Below, piece after piece: positions 55,659 through 64,000 of a stretch of 64,000 nucleotides of DNA. The translations under genes and the position numbers were made by a program. Source of the DNA: Patescibacteria group bacterium (GTDB lineage Bacteria > Patescibacteriota > CPR2 > UBA1875 > CAIMLA01); contig JBGSPL010000001.1 of the NCBI GenBank assembly GCA_041738615.1, positions 92,071 through 156,070 on the forward strand, in the 5' to 3' direction. Numbering within the stretch: position 1 is the stretch's first letter; each line of letters begins with the position of its first letter. The notes below the pieces were generated by a model, which saw only the letters and a program-made list of their open reading frames with translations, did no database searches and was not told where the DNA came from.

Positions 55659-56897
55659 CTATCTTATCTTGTCTAATAAATAACTAATTGCCTTCGCAAG
55701 TTGAGGGTCCTTATCAGCTTTGGCGTCTTCTTCGCTAAGCTTAACCTCAATATCTGGGCTGATACCTTCCTTGCTTATGTTCTTGCCCTTCGGCGTAAAC
55801 CAGTGTGCAACTGTGATGCGGATGCTCGCGCCTCCTGCTAAAGTATCCACCGTCTGTACCGAGCCTTTTCCAAAGGTCTTTTCTCCTATCAGCGTGCCTC
55901 GTCCGTTGTCCTTAATCGCACCAGCGACAATTTCTGATGCCGATGCTGAGCCGCCGTTTACGAGAACTACTAGAGGAATTTTGTTTTCGATCAGGTTTCC
56001 CTTGCCAGTAGCAAAGTATTTCTGCTCGGTACTGCTCTTTTCTGTTGCCTTCTCTGAAACAACGATTCCAGATTTCACAAACTCGCTCGCCACATCTACG
56101 GCAGCATCTAGGTAGCCGCCAGGATTGTTTCTTAGGTCCAGAATGATAGCCCTCAAGTTTTTGCCAGAAAGGTCCTGTGTCGCTTGCTTGATCTGGGATG
56201 AAGTGTTCGCGTCAAAACGAGTAATCTGGATGTAGCCTACGTTATTTTCTTTTAACTCCCATTTGACACTTTTGGTATCTACCTTGGCTCTAGTAATTTC
56301 GTAGTCAATCTTTGCAAACCCTCTTTGGATAGAAAGCTTTACCTTAGTTCCAACCTCACCGCGAATCTTAGACACAGCAGTGGCAAGGTCCATTCCGGTA
56401 GTATCGGCACCATCTATTGTGAAAATGATGTCGTTTGCCATAATGCCAGCCTTGATTGCTGGGGAGCCGTCAATAGGCGCGATTACGACGACCCTATTAT
56501 CTTTGATACCGACCTCAGCACCGATACCATTAACGCTGCCTTCTAGCTCCTGGCTAAATGATTTGGCCTCCTCGGGAGTCATAAAGACCGTGTATGGATC
56601 TCCGAGTGACTTTACCATTCCGTTTATGGCGCCATACACCATTTCCTGTGCATCTATCTTGCCGTCAAAGTTTTTTGCCAAACGATCCCAAACCTGCCAG
56701 AAAAGTGAGAAATCTACAGAGTTTGTAGTGGCTGTCTTTCCGGCAATATTAATCGAATTTATTCCCTGAGTTTGGAAATCCATATGACCAAATGCCCAGC
56801 CGAAGATAAAGGAAATAAAGATAACAGCACCAATTAATATTTTTGTGTTGCGCTGATCGTTACATTCTTTGGTTTGTTTGGTAGATTTACTAATCAT
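55659..56897 (-). CDS. S41 family carboxyl-terminal protease (CtpA-like)
   Basis: LGDPYT, PDZ GIG, DLRNNPGG, SASASE and TFGKGSVQ motifs. Confidence 0.95.
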   Translation of the reverse strand: MISKSTKQTKECNDQRNTKILIGAVIFISFIFGWAFGHMDFQTQGINSINIAGKTATTNSVDFSLFWQVWDRLAKNFDGKIDAQEMVYGAINGMVKSLGDPYTVFMTPEEAKSFSQELEGSVNGIGAEVGIKDNRVVVIAPIDGSPAIKAGIMANDIIFTIDGADTTGMDLATAVSKIRGEVGTKVKLSIQRGFAKIDYEITRAKVDTKSVKWELKENNVGYIQITRFDANTSSQIKQATQDLSGKNLRAIILDLRNNPGGYLDAAVDVASEFVKSGIVVSEKATEKSSTEQKYFATGKGNLIENKIPLVVLVNGGSASASEIVAGAIKDNGRGTLIGEKTFGKGSVQTVDTLAGGASIRITVAHWFTPKGKNISKEGISPDIEVKLSEEDAKADKDPQLAKAISYLLDKIR

Positions 56898-56958
56898 AAA
56901 AGGCGCCTTATTTAGCACCTTTTATTGTAACGTAGATTAAGCGTGGTGGCAATTTGTT

Positions 56959-58119
56959 CTAATGGATGAAGTATGCACCATAACTGTAAGGATTTACCGT
57001 TCTCATCGTGAACGAGTCTGGAGTCCAGTTGTATTCAGAAATATTTACAGTGCCGTCACCGTTGACAGAATCCACGAATGCAACGTGGCCATAGCTCCCA
57101 AGATTTGGGAAGATCATCGCGTCTCCCGACTGAGGCGTGTAGCTTTGAGGATAGCCAGCTGCTCCCCCTGTCCATTCACCCCCATTGCCGATAGCTGGTG
57201 GGATAGGCTTGCCAATCTTTCGTCGTTTCCAGGCGACATAAGAGGTACACTGGCCGATATAGTAACCCATTCCGTCCTCGGTACATGTTCCATAATTACA
57301 GCTAAGAGAACGGGGTACAGGGCTTCCCCATGGATAGTCGCTGGAACCGTTCAGGATTGTCTCCCCGTAGGCTACAGAAAGTCGCGCTTTCTTCTGGTAA
57401 AGGGCATCTTTTTGGCTCGCAAGATCGTTGTTGGAGGCATTTACGCCAGCGATCACGGAGTTCCTATAGGCTTGCTGTGAAGCCAGGGCGTTCTTTTGGG
57501 CAGTCTGTGATGCAAGCAGTGATTCTGCGTTTGCTTTCGTAATCTCGACTTCATTTTTCTGCTTCGTCAGCTCGTCTTTTAGGGCAACAATCTTTTTCAC
57601 AGTATCTGTAACCTTTGCCTGCATAGTATTTAGATACTCAGAGCGATCTACAAAGTCGGAAAAGTTTTTCGCGGTAAGTACCAGCTGAACTTGTGATACT
57701 TGACCGTCTATGTACATCTGACGCACGTACTCACCAAGAAGTGTTTTTTGTTTTGTTATATTATCTTCAGATTCAGTAATCTTCGCGGTCAATGTTGCTA
57801 TTTGTTCGTTGGCTTGGTCTAGCTGCAGCTGGGTAGAGTTTACCTGGAGCCGAATTACCTCTACTTGAGAGTCTATGGTAGCAAGCTCGCTCTCTGCCGT
57901 TTGTTTTTTTGCCAGATTGTCACCGATAGACTTATTGATGCCTTCAATCTGCTGGTTGATTTTATCAATCTCGCTAACCGCCTTTACAGGCTTGGCATCA
58001 TAAAGAGAGACTGGCATTGCTAGAGTAACCATCAAAAATAGCACGCCAATAAATTTGCCGAGCTGCTTAATATTCATTTTTATATTTGAAAGTTGAATTT
58101 TTGAATCACGATGAGGCAT
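56959..58119 (-). CDS. Coiled-coil plus CHAP peptidoglycan hydrolase (PcsB/CwlO-like)
   Basis: Signal peptide, long coiled coil, GQCTSY, YGHVAFV and ISEYN; adjacent to ftsX. Confidence 0.92.
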   Translation of the reverse strand: MPHRDSKIQLSNIKMNIKQLGKFIGVLFLMVTLAMPVSLYDAKPVKAVSEIDKINQQIEGINKSIGDNLAKKQTAESELATIDSQVEVIRLQVNSTQLQLDQANEQIATLTAKITESEDNITKQKTLLGEYVRQMYIDGQVSQVQLVLTAKNFSDFVDRSEYLNTMQAKVTDTVKKIVALKDELTKQKNEVEITKANAESLLASQTAQKNALASQQAYRNSVIAGVNASNNDLASQKDALYQKKARLSVAYGETILNGSSDYPWGSPVPRSLSCNYGTCTEDGMGYYIGQCTSYVAWKRRKIGKPIPPAIGNGGEWTGGAAGYPQSYTPQSGDAMIFPNLGSYGHVAFVDSVNGDGTVNISEYNWTPDSFTMRTVNPYSYGAYFIH

Positions 58120-58160
58120 TTACCCTCCTACGGGTTATTTTATCACTTTTGACACCCTTG

Positions 58161-59075
58161 TCAAGACTGGAGCTTTAGATGCTTACGAATAGCGAGCCAG
58201 CTGGAGAAAACTCCAATCGCGAAACCGACAACTAGCTGGGCCAGGGTGATAATTACAACGTTATCTCTCATATAATCTGTGAGGCTGGTCCCGGCATCAC
58301 TAAAGTAGTTTGCGAGAGCGGGAGCCGCAAAGTATAGCAGAGATGACATGATCGTTAGCGTAATGAGGGTTGCCACGAAACCGTAGATAGCACCTTCTAT
58401 CAGGAAGGGCCCCTTGATGAAGCTCGGCGTTGCTCCTACCAGTTTCATAATCTCAATCTCTTCCATGCGGGAGAAGATAGCGATGCGAACAGTATTGAAT
58501 ATTATGACCAGAGAAACGATGGTGAAAACAATAGTAATTCCGATACCCAGCTCTCGGCTGAAGTTAGTCGCCTTAAGTAGATTCTGGATAATGACCTTGT
58601 TGTCTTGGTAGCTGATTTTGTCGATGGCAATTTTGTACTTGTTCTGAGCCAGGATATCGCTAATACTGTTTAACTTATCGGGGTTGTAAACCTTGATTTC
58701 TAAGCTAGCAGGCAAAGAGTTGCCGATGCTATCGATAGATTCTATAAGGGCCTTGTTGTTGGCGTTCTGTTTCTTGAATTTTGCAAGGGCATCGTCCTTG
58801 GATATGTACTTTATAGATCTTACATCCGGCAGGTTTGCTAGGTCGTTTTGCATCCCGACGACAACAGACTGCTTCACGTCTTCTTTGAGATAGACGGACA
58901 TGTCAATCTTGTCCTGTATCGTTTTGATTCCGGTATTGAGAGCCATGTTGATAACAAAAAACATAGAGAGCGTTAGTAGGGTTAGTACCATAACGGTTAT
59001 GGAGGCTACCGAGAGCCAACCATTTCGAAAGAAGCTGGAGACGCCGGCTTTAAATACACGTAAAAATGCTTGCAT
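58161..59075 (-). CDS. ftsX: Cell division permease FtsX
   Basis: FFRN.WLS, NTVRIAIFSR.EEIEIMKLVGAT..FIKGPFLIEG. Confidence 0.96.
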   Translation of the reverse strand: MQAFLRVFKAGVSSFFRNGWLSVASITVMVLTLLTLSMFFVINMALNTGIKTIQDKIDMSVYLKEDVKQSVVVGMQNDLANLPDVRSIKYISKDDALAKFKKQNANNKALIESIDSIGNSLPASLEIKVYNPDKLNSISDILAQNKYKIAIDKISYQDNKVIIQNLLKATNFSRELGIGITIVFTIVSLVIIFNTVRIAIFSRMEEIEIMKLVGATPSFIKGPFLIEGAIYGFVATLITLTIMSSLLYFAAPALANYFSDAGTSLTDYMRDNVVIITLAQLVVGFAIGVFSSWLAIRKHLKLQS

Positions 59076-59767
59076 TAGTTGTCGTACCTCCCCATTTTTT
59101 CGTCGCGCACAATTTTGCCATCCTGGATCTTTATCACGCGTTTCTTGAGCTTATTTACGATGTGGGAGTTGTGCGTCGTCATGATGACAGTAGTCCCCAT
59201 CTCGTTGATCTTGGTAAGAATCTCTACAATGTCCCACGAAGTCTTTGGGTCCAGGTTTCCTGTAGGCTCGTCGGCAATAAGTATTCGTGGCTGGTGAACA
59301 AGTGCACGCGCAATTGCCACGCGCTGTCTCTCACCACCCGAGAGCTCTCTAGGAAAGCAGTTAATCTTATCGGATAGCGCCACTAGCTCGATGATCTTTG
59401 GCACTCGCTCATTGATTTCCTTAGTTTTTACGCCAGCTACCTCGAGGGCATAAGCAACGTTCTCAAAAACGGTTTTCTTTGGCAATAGCTTATAGTCCTG
59501 AAAAACCACACCGATCTTGCGACGTAGGTATGGGATATCACGTTTTTTAAGTTCGGCATAATCAAGACCACCCACGTAAATACGGCCCTCATCAGGGACT
59601 ATTTCTCGGTTTATCAGCTTTATAAGTGTGGATTTACCGGCTCCAGATGAGCCAACAACACTGACGAATTCGCCAGGTTTTATATGCATTGAGACGTTGA
59701 CGAGAGCATCCGATTGTGTGCCCTCTTTTGTCTTATAAATTTTTGATACTTTCTCAAAATATATCAT
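59075..59767 (-). CDS. ftsE: Cell division ATP-binding protein FtsE
   Basis: GSSGAGKST, LRRKIGVVFQDYKLL, LSGGE and ADEPTGNLD motifs. Confidence 0.96.
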   Translation of the reverse strand: MIYFEKVSKIYKTKEGTQSDALVNVSMHIKPGEFVSVVGSSGAGKSTLIKLINREIVPDEGRIYVGGLDYAELKKRDIPYLRRKIGVVFQDYKLLPKKTVFENVAYALEVAGVKTKEINERVPKIIELVALSDKINCFPRELSGGERQRVAIARALVHQPRILIADEPTGNLDPKTSWDIVEILTKINEMGTTVIMTTHNSHIVNKLKKRVIKIQDGKIVRDEKMGRYDN

Positions 59768-59873
59768 TGAGATGTAGTTTCCCTCTCTTGGTTGGTGCGT
59801 TTACATAAATAGTTTAAACTTATCTCTAGTTGAGGTCAAGGCTGAATCTGTATAAGATATTTATTCAAATAAG

Positions 59874-60962
59874 TTACTTTTTACTGTCACGTAGCCAAGC
59901 CTCAATAAACTCGTCGATTCCGCCTTCTAGTACTTTTTGAACATCGGCAGTTTCATAGTTTGTTCGATGGTCCTTCACGAGCGTATAAGGCTGGAGAACA
60001 TAGGAACGTATTTGATTTCCCCACTCGGCTGAGATGTTTTCGCCTTTGATCCTTGCAAGCTCTGCCGCTTTCTCTTTCTCCTCAAGGTCGATAAGCTTGG
60101 CTACCAATACTTTCATGGCTGTTTCTTTGTTTTGGAGTTGGCTTCGCTCGTTTTGGCAGGTGGCAGTAAGTCCGGTTGGAAGATGAGTAATGCGGACAGC
60201 CGAGTCGGTGGTATTCACACTCTGCCCGCCGTGGCCACCAGAGCGGTAAACGTCTATTCGAAGTTCTTTTTCATCCAGTTTGTAGTCCGTAGCAATAATC
60301 TCAGGCACCACCTCTAAGAGGGCAAAAGAGGTGTGTCTGGCTTTTGCAGCATCATAAGGGGAGATTCGTACCAGACGATGAACTCCATGTTCACTGCGTA
60401 GATATCCATAGGCTTGTGGGCCCCTAACCTCAATGGTCATCCCCTTGATTCCCGCTTCATCCCCCGCAGTTTCACTAATGATAACTATTCCAAATCCATT
60501 CTTTTCGGCAAACTTGAGGTACATTCTACCGAGCATCTCGGCCCAATCTTGGGCGTCGACTCCCCCGCTTCCGGCACTGATAGAGAGAATTGCATTCTCA
60601 TGATCATGGGGACCGGTAAATAGTAGTTCAAACTCAAGAGTCTCAAAGGTTTTCTCGGCTTTTTCGATACCAGCTACGATCTCTGATACCATCTCGTGGT
60701 CACTTTCGGTTGTATTGGCTGTTAATTCTGTAAGGTCATTGATATCAGTGGTAATCTGATCCCAGCTCTTAAGTCGGTTCTCTATATTACCAATAAGCTG
60801 CATTGTTTCCTGAGCGGCGGAAACGTTGTCCCAGAAGCCCTCGGTAGAGGCTTTTCCCTGGAGGTCTCCAAGTTCGGTTCGGTCCACTTCAAGGTTCAGC
60901 ATTAAAAATGCTTTTTCGAGTCGCTCGGATAAGTTCTTGAGGCGTTCTTTAATCTCATTCAT
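59874..60962 (-). CDS. prfB: Peptide chain release factor 2 (no internal frameshift)
   Basis: EHGVHRLVRISPY, RHTSFA, GGQ.VNTT.SAVR and WGNQIRSY; continuous ORF. Confidence 0.96.
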   Translation of the reverse strand: MNEIKERLKNLSERLEKAFLMLNLEVDRTELGDLQGKASTEGFWDNVSAAQETMQLIGNIENRLKSWDQITTDINDLTELTANTTESDHEMVSEIVAGIEKAEKTFETLEFELLFTGPHDHENAILSISAGSGGVDAQDWAEMLGRMYLKFAEKNGFGIVIISETAGDEAGIKGMTIEVRGPQAYGYLRSEHGVHRLVRISPYDAAKARHTSFALLEVVPEIIATDYKLDEKELRIDVYRSGGHGGQSVNTTDSAVRITHLPTGLTATCQNERSQLQNKETAMKVLVAKLIDLEEKEKAAELARIKGENISAEWGNQIRSYVLQPYTLVKDHRTNYETADVQKVLEGGIDEFIEAWLRDSKK

Positions 60963-61010
60963 GAGGGTATTATACGGGAAATGTGCCTCTAATGCGAGCG
61001 CCTAGATATC

Positions 61011-61039
61011 AAAAAGACCCCTCTTGCGAGGGGTCTTTT
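61011..61039. terminator. Intrinsic terminator
   Basis: AAAAGACCCCTC-TTGC-GAGGGGTCTTTT. Confidence 0.85.
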
Positions 61040-61048
61040 AGTAAAAGA

Positions 61049-62047
61049 TTATTTAATCTTTTTGAGGGCGCCGAGTAAGTTCTTCTTACTTCGGAGGTAA
61101 GCCCATGCGGCACCACCTGTAGAGGTAAGACCGATGGCACCAGCAGCTGCTTCCGCAGGACCAGAGGTTGGCATGTTGCCCTTACCAGTAGTTATCACTA
61201 CTGGTGTCTCTGGGTGCTTAGGCTCTTCTGGTATGACCGGCTTTTCAGTTACGGTTACAGTGGCGTCACAGATGACTGTGCCACCCTCACCGTTGGCTGT
61301 TAGAGTGTAAGTAGTGGTAGACGCAGGAGTAACCTGATTAGAACCAGAACCTACGACCACGTTGCCTACACCTTGGTCGATGCTAGCTGAAGTAGCATTT
61401 GTAGTGGTGTAACTAAGAGTTGAGCTGTTGCCCTTCTTGACTGAGGTCGGGTTAGCCACGAGCGTACAGACTGGCTTAGGCTTTTCAACTTCGATTACTT
61501 TAACCGTAATTACGATTGACTCCTCGAAGTTGTAGCAAGGTTTCTGTGATGCTATGTTGTAACCACCTCCGACAATGCTGTCGTCGACGCTCACTACTTG
61601 CCAGTTTGGAACAGCGTTCGTACCGGTGTTGAACTTGCGTGTAGCAGATCCAGCAACATACTCTAGCTTTGTTTTCACGTTCGTATTGATAACGGCCGTG
61701 TCAACTATAGTGGCGATGTTCGAACCGCTTACAGTAGCGGTAGAAACATGTCCAGTACCTTCAGTCGTTGGTAGAGCTACCTTGATGTTTAGATTCTGGG
61801 CATTGATCCCAGAATTCTCATTTTCTTTGTTGTGGTAGTAAACCATCACCCTCATCTCATCTCCAGGCTTGGCGCTAGCCGCAGCTCTGTAGGTGGTTTC
61901 GTTGTTGGTTTTGTTACGCACCGTGTGCATAGCTTCGTAGGAGATGTTTCCAGCAGCACTAGCTACAGTACTTACACCAAACATGGCGAGTAATGCGTAG
62001 ACCGCTAGAATTCTCTTACCTTTTAGTTTTGTTGGGTTTTTTTTCAT
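61049..62047 (-). CDS. Secreted Ig-like surface protein with sortase-type sorting signal
   Basis: Signal peptide (ASA), Thr/Val-rich beta domains, C-terminal MPTSG, hydrophobic stretch and RSKK. Confidence 0.8.
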   Translation of the reverse strand: MKKNPTKLKGKRILAVYALLAMFGVSTVASAAGNISYEAMHTVRNKTNNETTYRAAASAKPGDEMRVMVYYHNKENENSGINAQNLNIKVALPTTEGTGHVSTATVSGSNIATIVDTAVINTNVKTKLEYVAGSATRKFNTGTNAVPNWQVVSVDDSIVGGGYNIASQKPCYNFEESIVITVKVIEVEKPKPVCTLVANPTSVKKGNSSTLSYTTTNATSASIDQGVGNVVVGSGSNQVTPASTTTYTLTANGEGGTVICDATVTVTEKPVIPEEPKHPETPVVITTGKGNMPTSGPAEAAAGAIGLTSTGGAAWAYLRSKKNLLGALKKIK

Positions 62048-62192
62048 CTTATACCTCCTTAAGGTATATTAATAATTTTGTTGCCTATCCCAGGAACATT
62101 TCAAGCTTTGCCTGTGATGTTCCAACGATACGGAATTTTATTGGGGGTGCCAGGTTGCGCGATTGCGCAACCTGGCGTAGACACCCATGACA

Positions 62193-62951
62193 CTACTCTT
62201 GCCCAGCCCCACCGCTGGTACCGATTGTCTTCTGGACTGTGTCAGCGGTTGACCCGCTGCTCTTCTTGTTGCCACAGCCCTTGACGACTTTCTTGTGCTT
62301 CTTGACCACCTTCTTGATGACCACCTTCTTGATGATCACCCTCCTGGTGATGCGGGTCGGTGCAACGTGCACCGACTTGCGAGGGGTCTTGCCCGCATAG
62401 AAGCTGACGGGGTTCAGGCATCCGATACGGAGGGCCGGGGTTCCATCCGTCCACGTTAGGAACTTCTGCCCCTTGGTGGTCGTGTTATGGAACGGCTTCC
62501 AGCGTCCGTCCTCGCGATTGCTTCCGAGGTCGGTGTCGATGAAAGTCATCCCTGCCCGCGGCGCCTTCCACGTGTGGAAGATGCCGTGGTCGTAGTCGTA
62601 CTCGAGCCGAGCAAGTTCCTTCTTGACGAAGTTCTTGCCTTTGAGCTGGTACATCCTCTTCAGGATGTCCGAGTTCTCCGGGCTGTTGAGAGCCCTGATG
62701 GCTCCTTTCCAGCTACGGACGTCGAGCGTTCCTACAGGAAGCGGCGGGACCGTCTCCGTCGTCGACGCCGGAACTACTGCAGACTGAGTCTGCTGCACCT
62801 GCGTCGCTGTCGTAGACGTCGGCTCGGGAACAACCACCGTAATCGGGGGGTTGTTCACTTTGACGCACCCAGAGGTAAGCAGCAAAGCTGCCACCACCAG
62901 GCCTACAAGAGCGTTCTTGGCCGCGTGGGCGGCCGTTTTGTTGCGTGCCAT
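62193..62951 (-). CDS. GC-rich hypothetical lipoprotein-like protein
   Basis: Lipobox-like LLLTSGC; GGGGGTG SD; promoter TTGACA(63115-63110)-N17-TATATT; terminator hairpin at ~62145-62186. Confidence 0.7.
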   Translation of the reverse strand: MARNKTAAHAAKNALVGLVVAALLLTSGCVKVNNPPITVVVPEPTSTTATQVQQTQSAVVPASTTETVPPLPVGTLDVRSWKGAIRALNSPENSDILKRMYQLKGKNFVKKELARLEYDYDHGIFHTWKAPRAGMTFIDTDLGSNREDGRWKPFHNTTTKGQKFLTWTDGTPALRIGCLNPVSFYAGKTPRKSVHVAPTRITRRVIIKKVVIKKVVKKHKKVVKGCGNKKSSGSTADTVQKTIGTSGGAGQE

Positions 62952-63227
62952 TACTGGCACCCCCTTTCAGGGATCTTGCGACCGCCGGCCGCTTGTTTAG
63001 GATAACTCTCATCGCCTTCGGCAATTTGAGGTGTCAAGGTGTAGGTCGACGAACTCATGGTTACCCAGATTTCTGGTCGACTGAACAATATATCACAAAT
63101 ATTTAAACTTGTCAAGTACTTTTCAGTCGATATGAAACAAAGAAAAGAGAGGGTGTCCCTCTCCTTACATATATATTATAGCACTGTAGTCAAATAAAGT
63201 GCGGTTTTGCTTGGTATCTTTGTTGCG

Positions 63228-63923
63228 TTATTTCGTAAACCAGAGAATGACAACCCCGAGGATCAGCATCATAAACGCCAGAAATAAGTGAAGTTTGCGA
63301 CCATGCTTTTCTTGAAGGTTGATAAATTTCTCTGTTGTAAGTTTGTTCGTTGTGAGCGCAAAAATACCAATTAGGGGCAAGACAAACATTAGGTTGTAAA
63401 GAAGCAGGTACCCAACTCCTACAAAAAAGTTTACCTGAGTATGCAGGAGGCTGATGATGGCGAGGTATATCGCTCCAGAGCATGGGAATTCGTAGATTCC
63501 GATAAGAAACCCTACCACAACAGCAGATGTAATTGTCGCTTCATAGGCGTATTTGCTCACATAGCCGCGGACCTTTAGTGGAATGCGCACGCTAAATGGT
63601 AGATTCGGGAAAAAGTACTCCTTGATGTTCATTGCACCAAAGAAAAAGACCAGCGCTGCCCCGAGCTTTGCTACGAGGTTTGGAATCGGCAAGCTAGAAG
63701 CCCGCATAAAATCGAGTATTTTGAGTCCAGAGATGCCAATAAGGAAGTATGTAACATAAATAGAAATGATGTAGGCAAGAGCAAAGGCCATGATGTCTTT
63801 GCGGTCCTTCTTGAGAGTAAACATCAAGGAGATATATATCAGTAAAAGTGAGATAGCACATGGATTGAAGCTGTCAACAAAGCCCGAGGTTAGAACGACT
63901 GATAATAATGGTGGCTGAATCAT
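63228..63923 (-). CDS. CcdA/DsbD-like (cytochrome c biogenesis-type) membrane thiol-redox protein
   Basis: About 6 TMs with paired DSFNPCA and EFPCSG motifs. Confidence 0.82.
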   Translation of the reverse strand: MIQPPLLSVVLTSGFVDSFNPCAISLLLIYISLMFTLKKDRKDIMAFALAYIISIYVTYFLIGISGLKILDFMRASSLPIPNLVAKLGAALVFFFGAMNIKEYFFPNLPFSVRIPLKVRGYVSKYAYEATITSAVVVGFLIGIYEFPCSGAIYLAIISLLHTQVNFFVGVGYLLLYNLMFVLPLIGIFALTTNKLTTEKFINLQEKHGRKLHLFLAFMMLILGVVILWFTK

Positions 63924-64000
63924 AGTAGCTCCTGTATTTTCTCTAGTGAATCAATTTTACATATACTATCATCGGCTACTTTGTGTTCACGGTCAATAAG

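Noticed and set aside
60880-60910. prfB programmed +1 frameshift
   Set aside because: The ORF is continuous (CTG AAC CTT GAA) with no CTT-TGA site; frameshift-free prfB is well known
55659-60962. prfB-ftsE-ftsX-CHAP hydrolase-S41 protease cluster as a new system
   Set aside because: Matches the established FtsEX-hydrolase (PcsB/CwlO) and Ctp protease synteny
63143-63186. TGCTATAAT followed by ATGTAA, AAGGAG and a terminator (possible empty cassette or minigene)
   Set aside because: No -35, the ATG is too close to the -10, and the hairpin is adequately explained as the terminator of the upstream CcdA-like gene
1-64000. Alternative genetic code (TGA=Gly) and the many antisense ORFs in the track
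   Set aside because: Conserved genes are full-length under code 11 and some (sigH, dprA, ftsX) end in TGA; antisense ORFs are shadows of real genes without motifs or start signals

Overview
A 64-kb stretch of core chromosome from a small-genome bacterium, most likely Patescibacteria/CPR. Supporting signs: a VirD4/TrwB-like ATPase, a sigma4+HARE-HTH gene, a short archaeal-type AspRS, PEGA/DUF2207/sortase genes and no biosynthetic operons. The standard code 11 is used. Both bL9 and Der are present, which argues against Saccharibacteria, Microgenomates and WWE3. The window holds the end of a dcw cluster (ftsI-mraY-ftsW-murG-ftsQ), many minus-strand housekeeping genes (rarA, topA, dprA, pth, der, scpAB, aspS, trxB, murC, pyrH, gltX, mreB, murA, nfo, rpmA, rplI, ftsEX, prfB) and three tRNAs (Glu-CTC, Gln-CTG, Leu-CAA). 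I see no CRISPR array, prophage, transposase or rRNA. The most interesting signals are non-coding or architectural: (1) a ~200-nt RNA gene at 21.1-21.4 kb whose apical loop mimics the 16S anti-Shine-Dalgarno tail; (2) an unrecognised ~300-nt structured RNA at 4.84-5.14 kb; (3) two expression classes, with housekeeping genes having a -10 box 6-7 nt before the ATG (leaderless) versus GC-rich stand-alone cassettes with consensus promoter, strong SD and own terminator, including a Firmicutes/Actinobacteria-type sigH; (4) two unrelated cassettes sharing one 53-bp palindromic end; (5) REP-like and pseudoknot-headed repeats; (6) several microproteins missed by the ORF track. Protein calls rest on motif recognition only; no database search was run.
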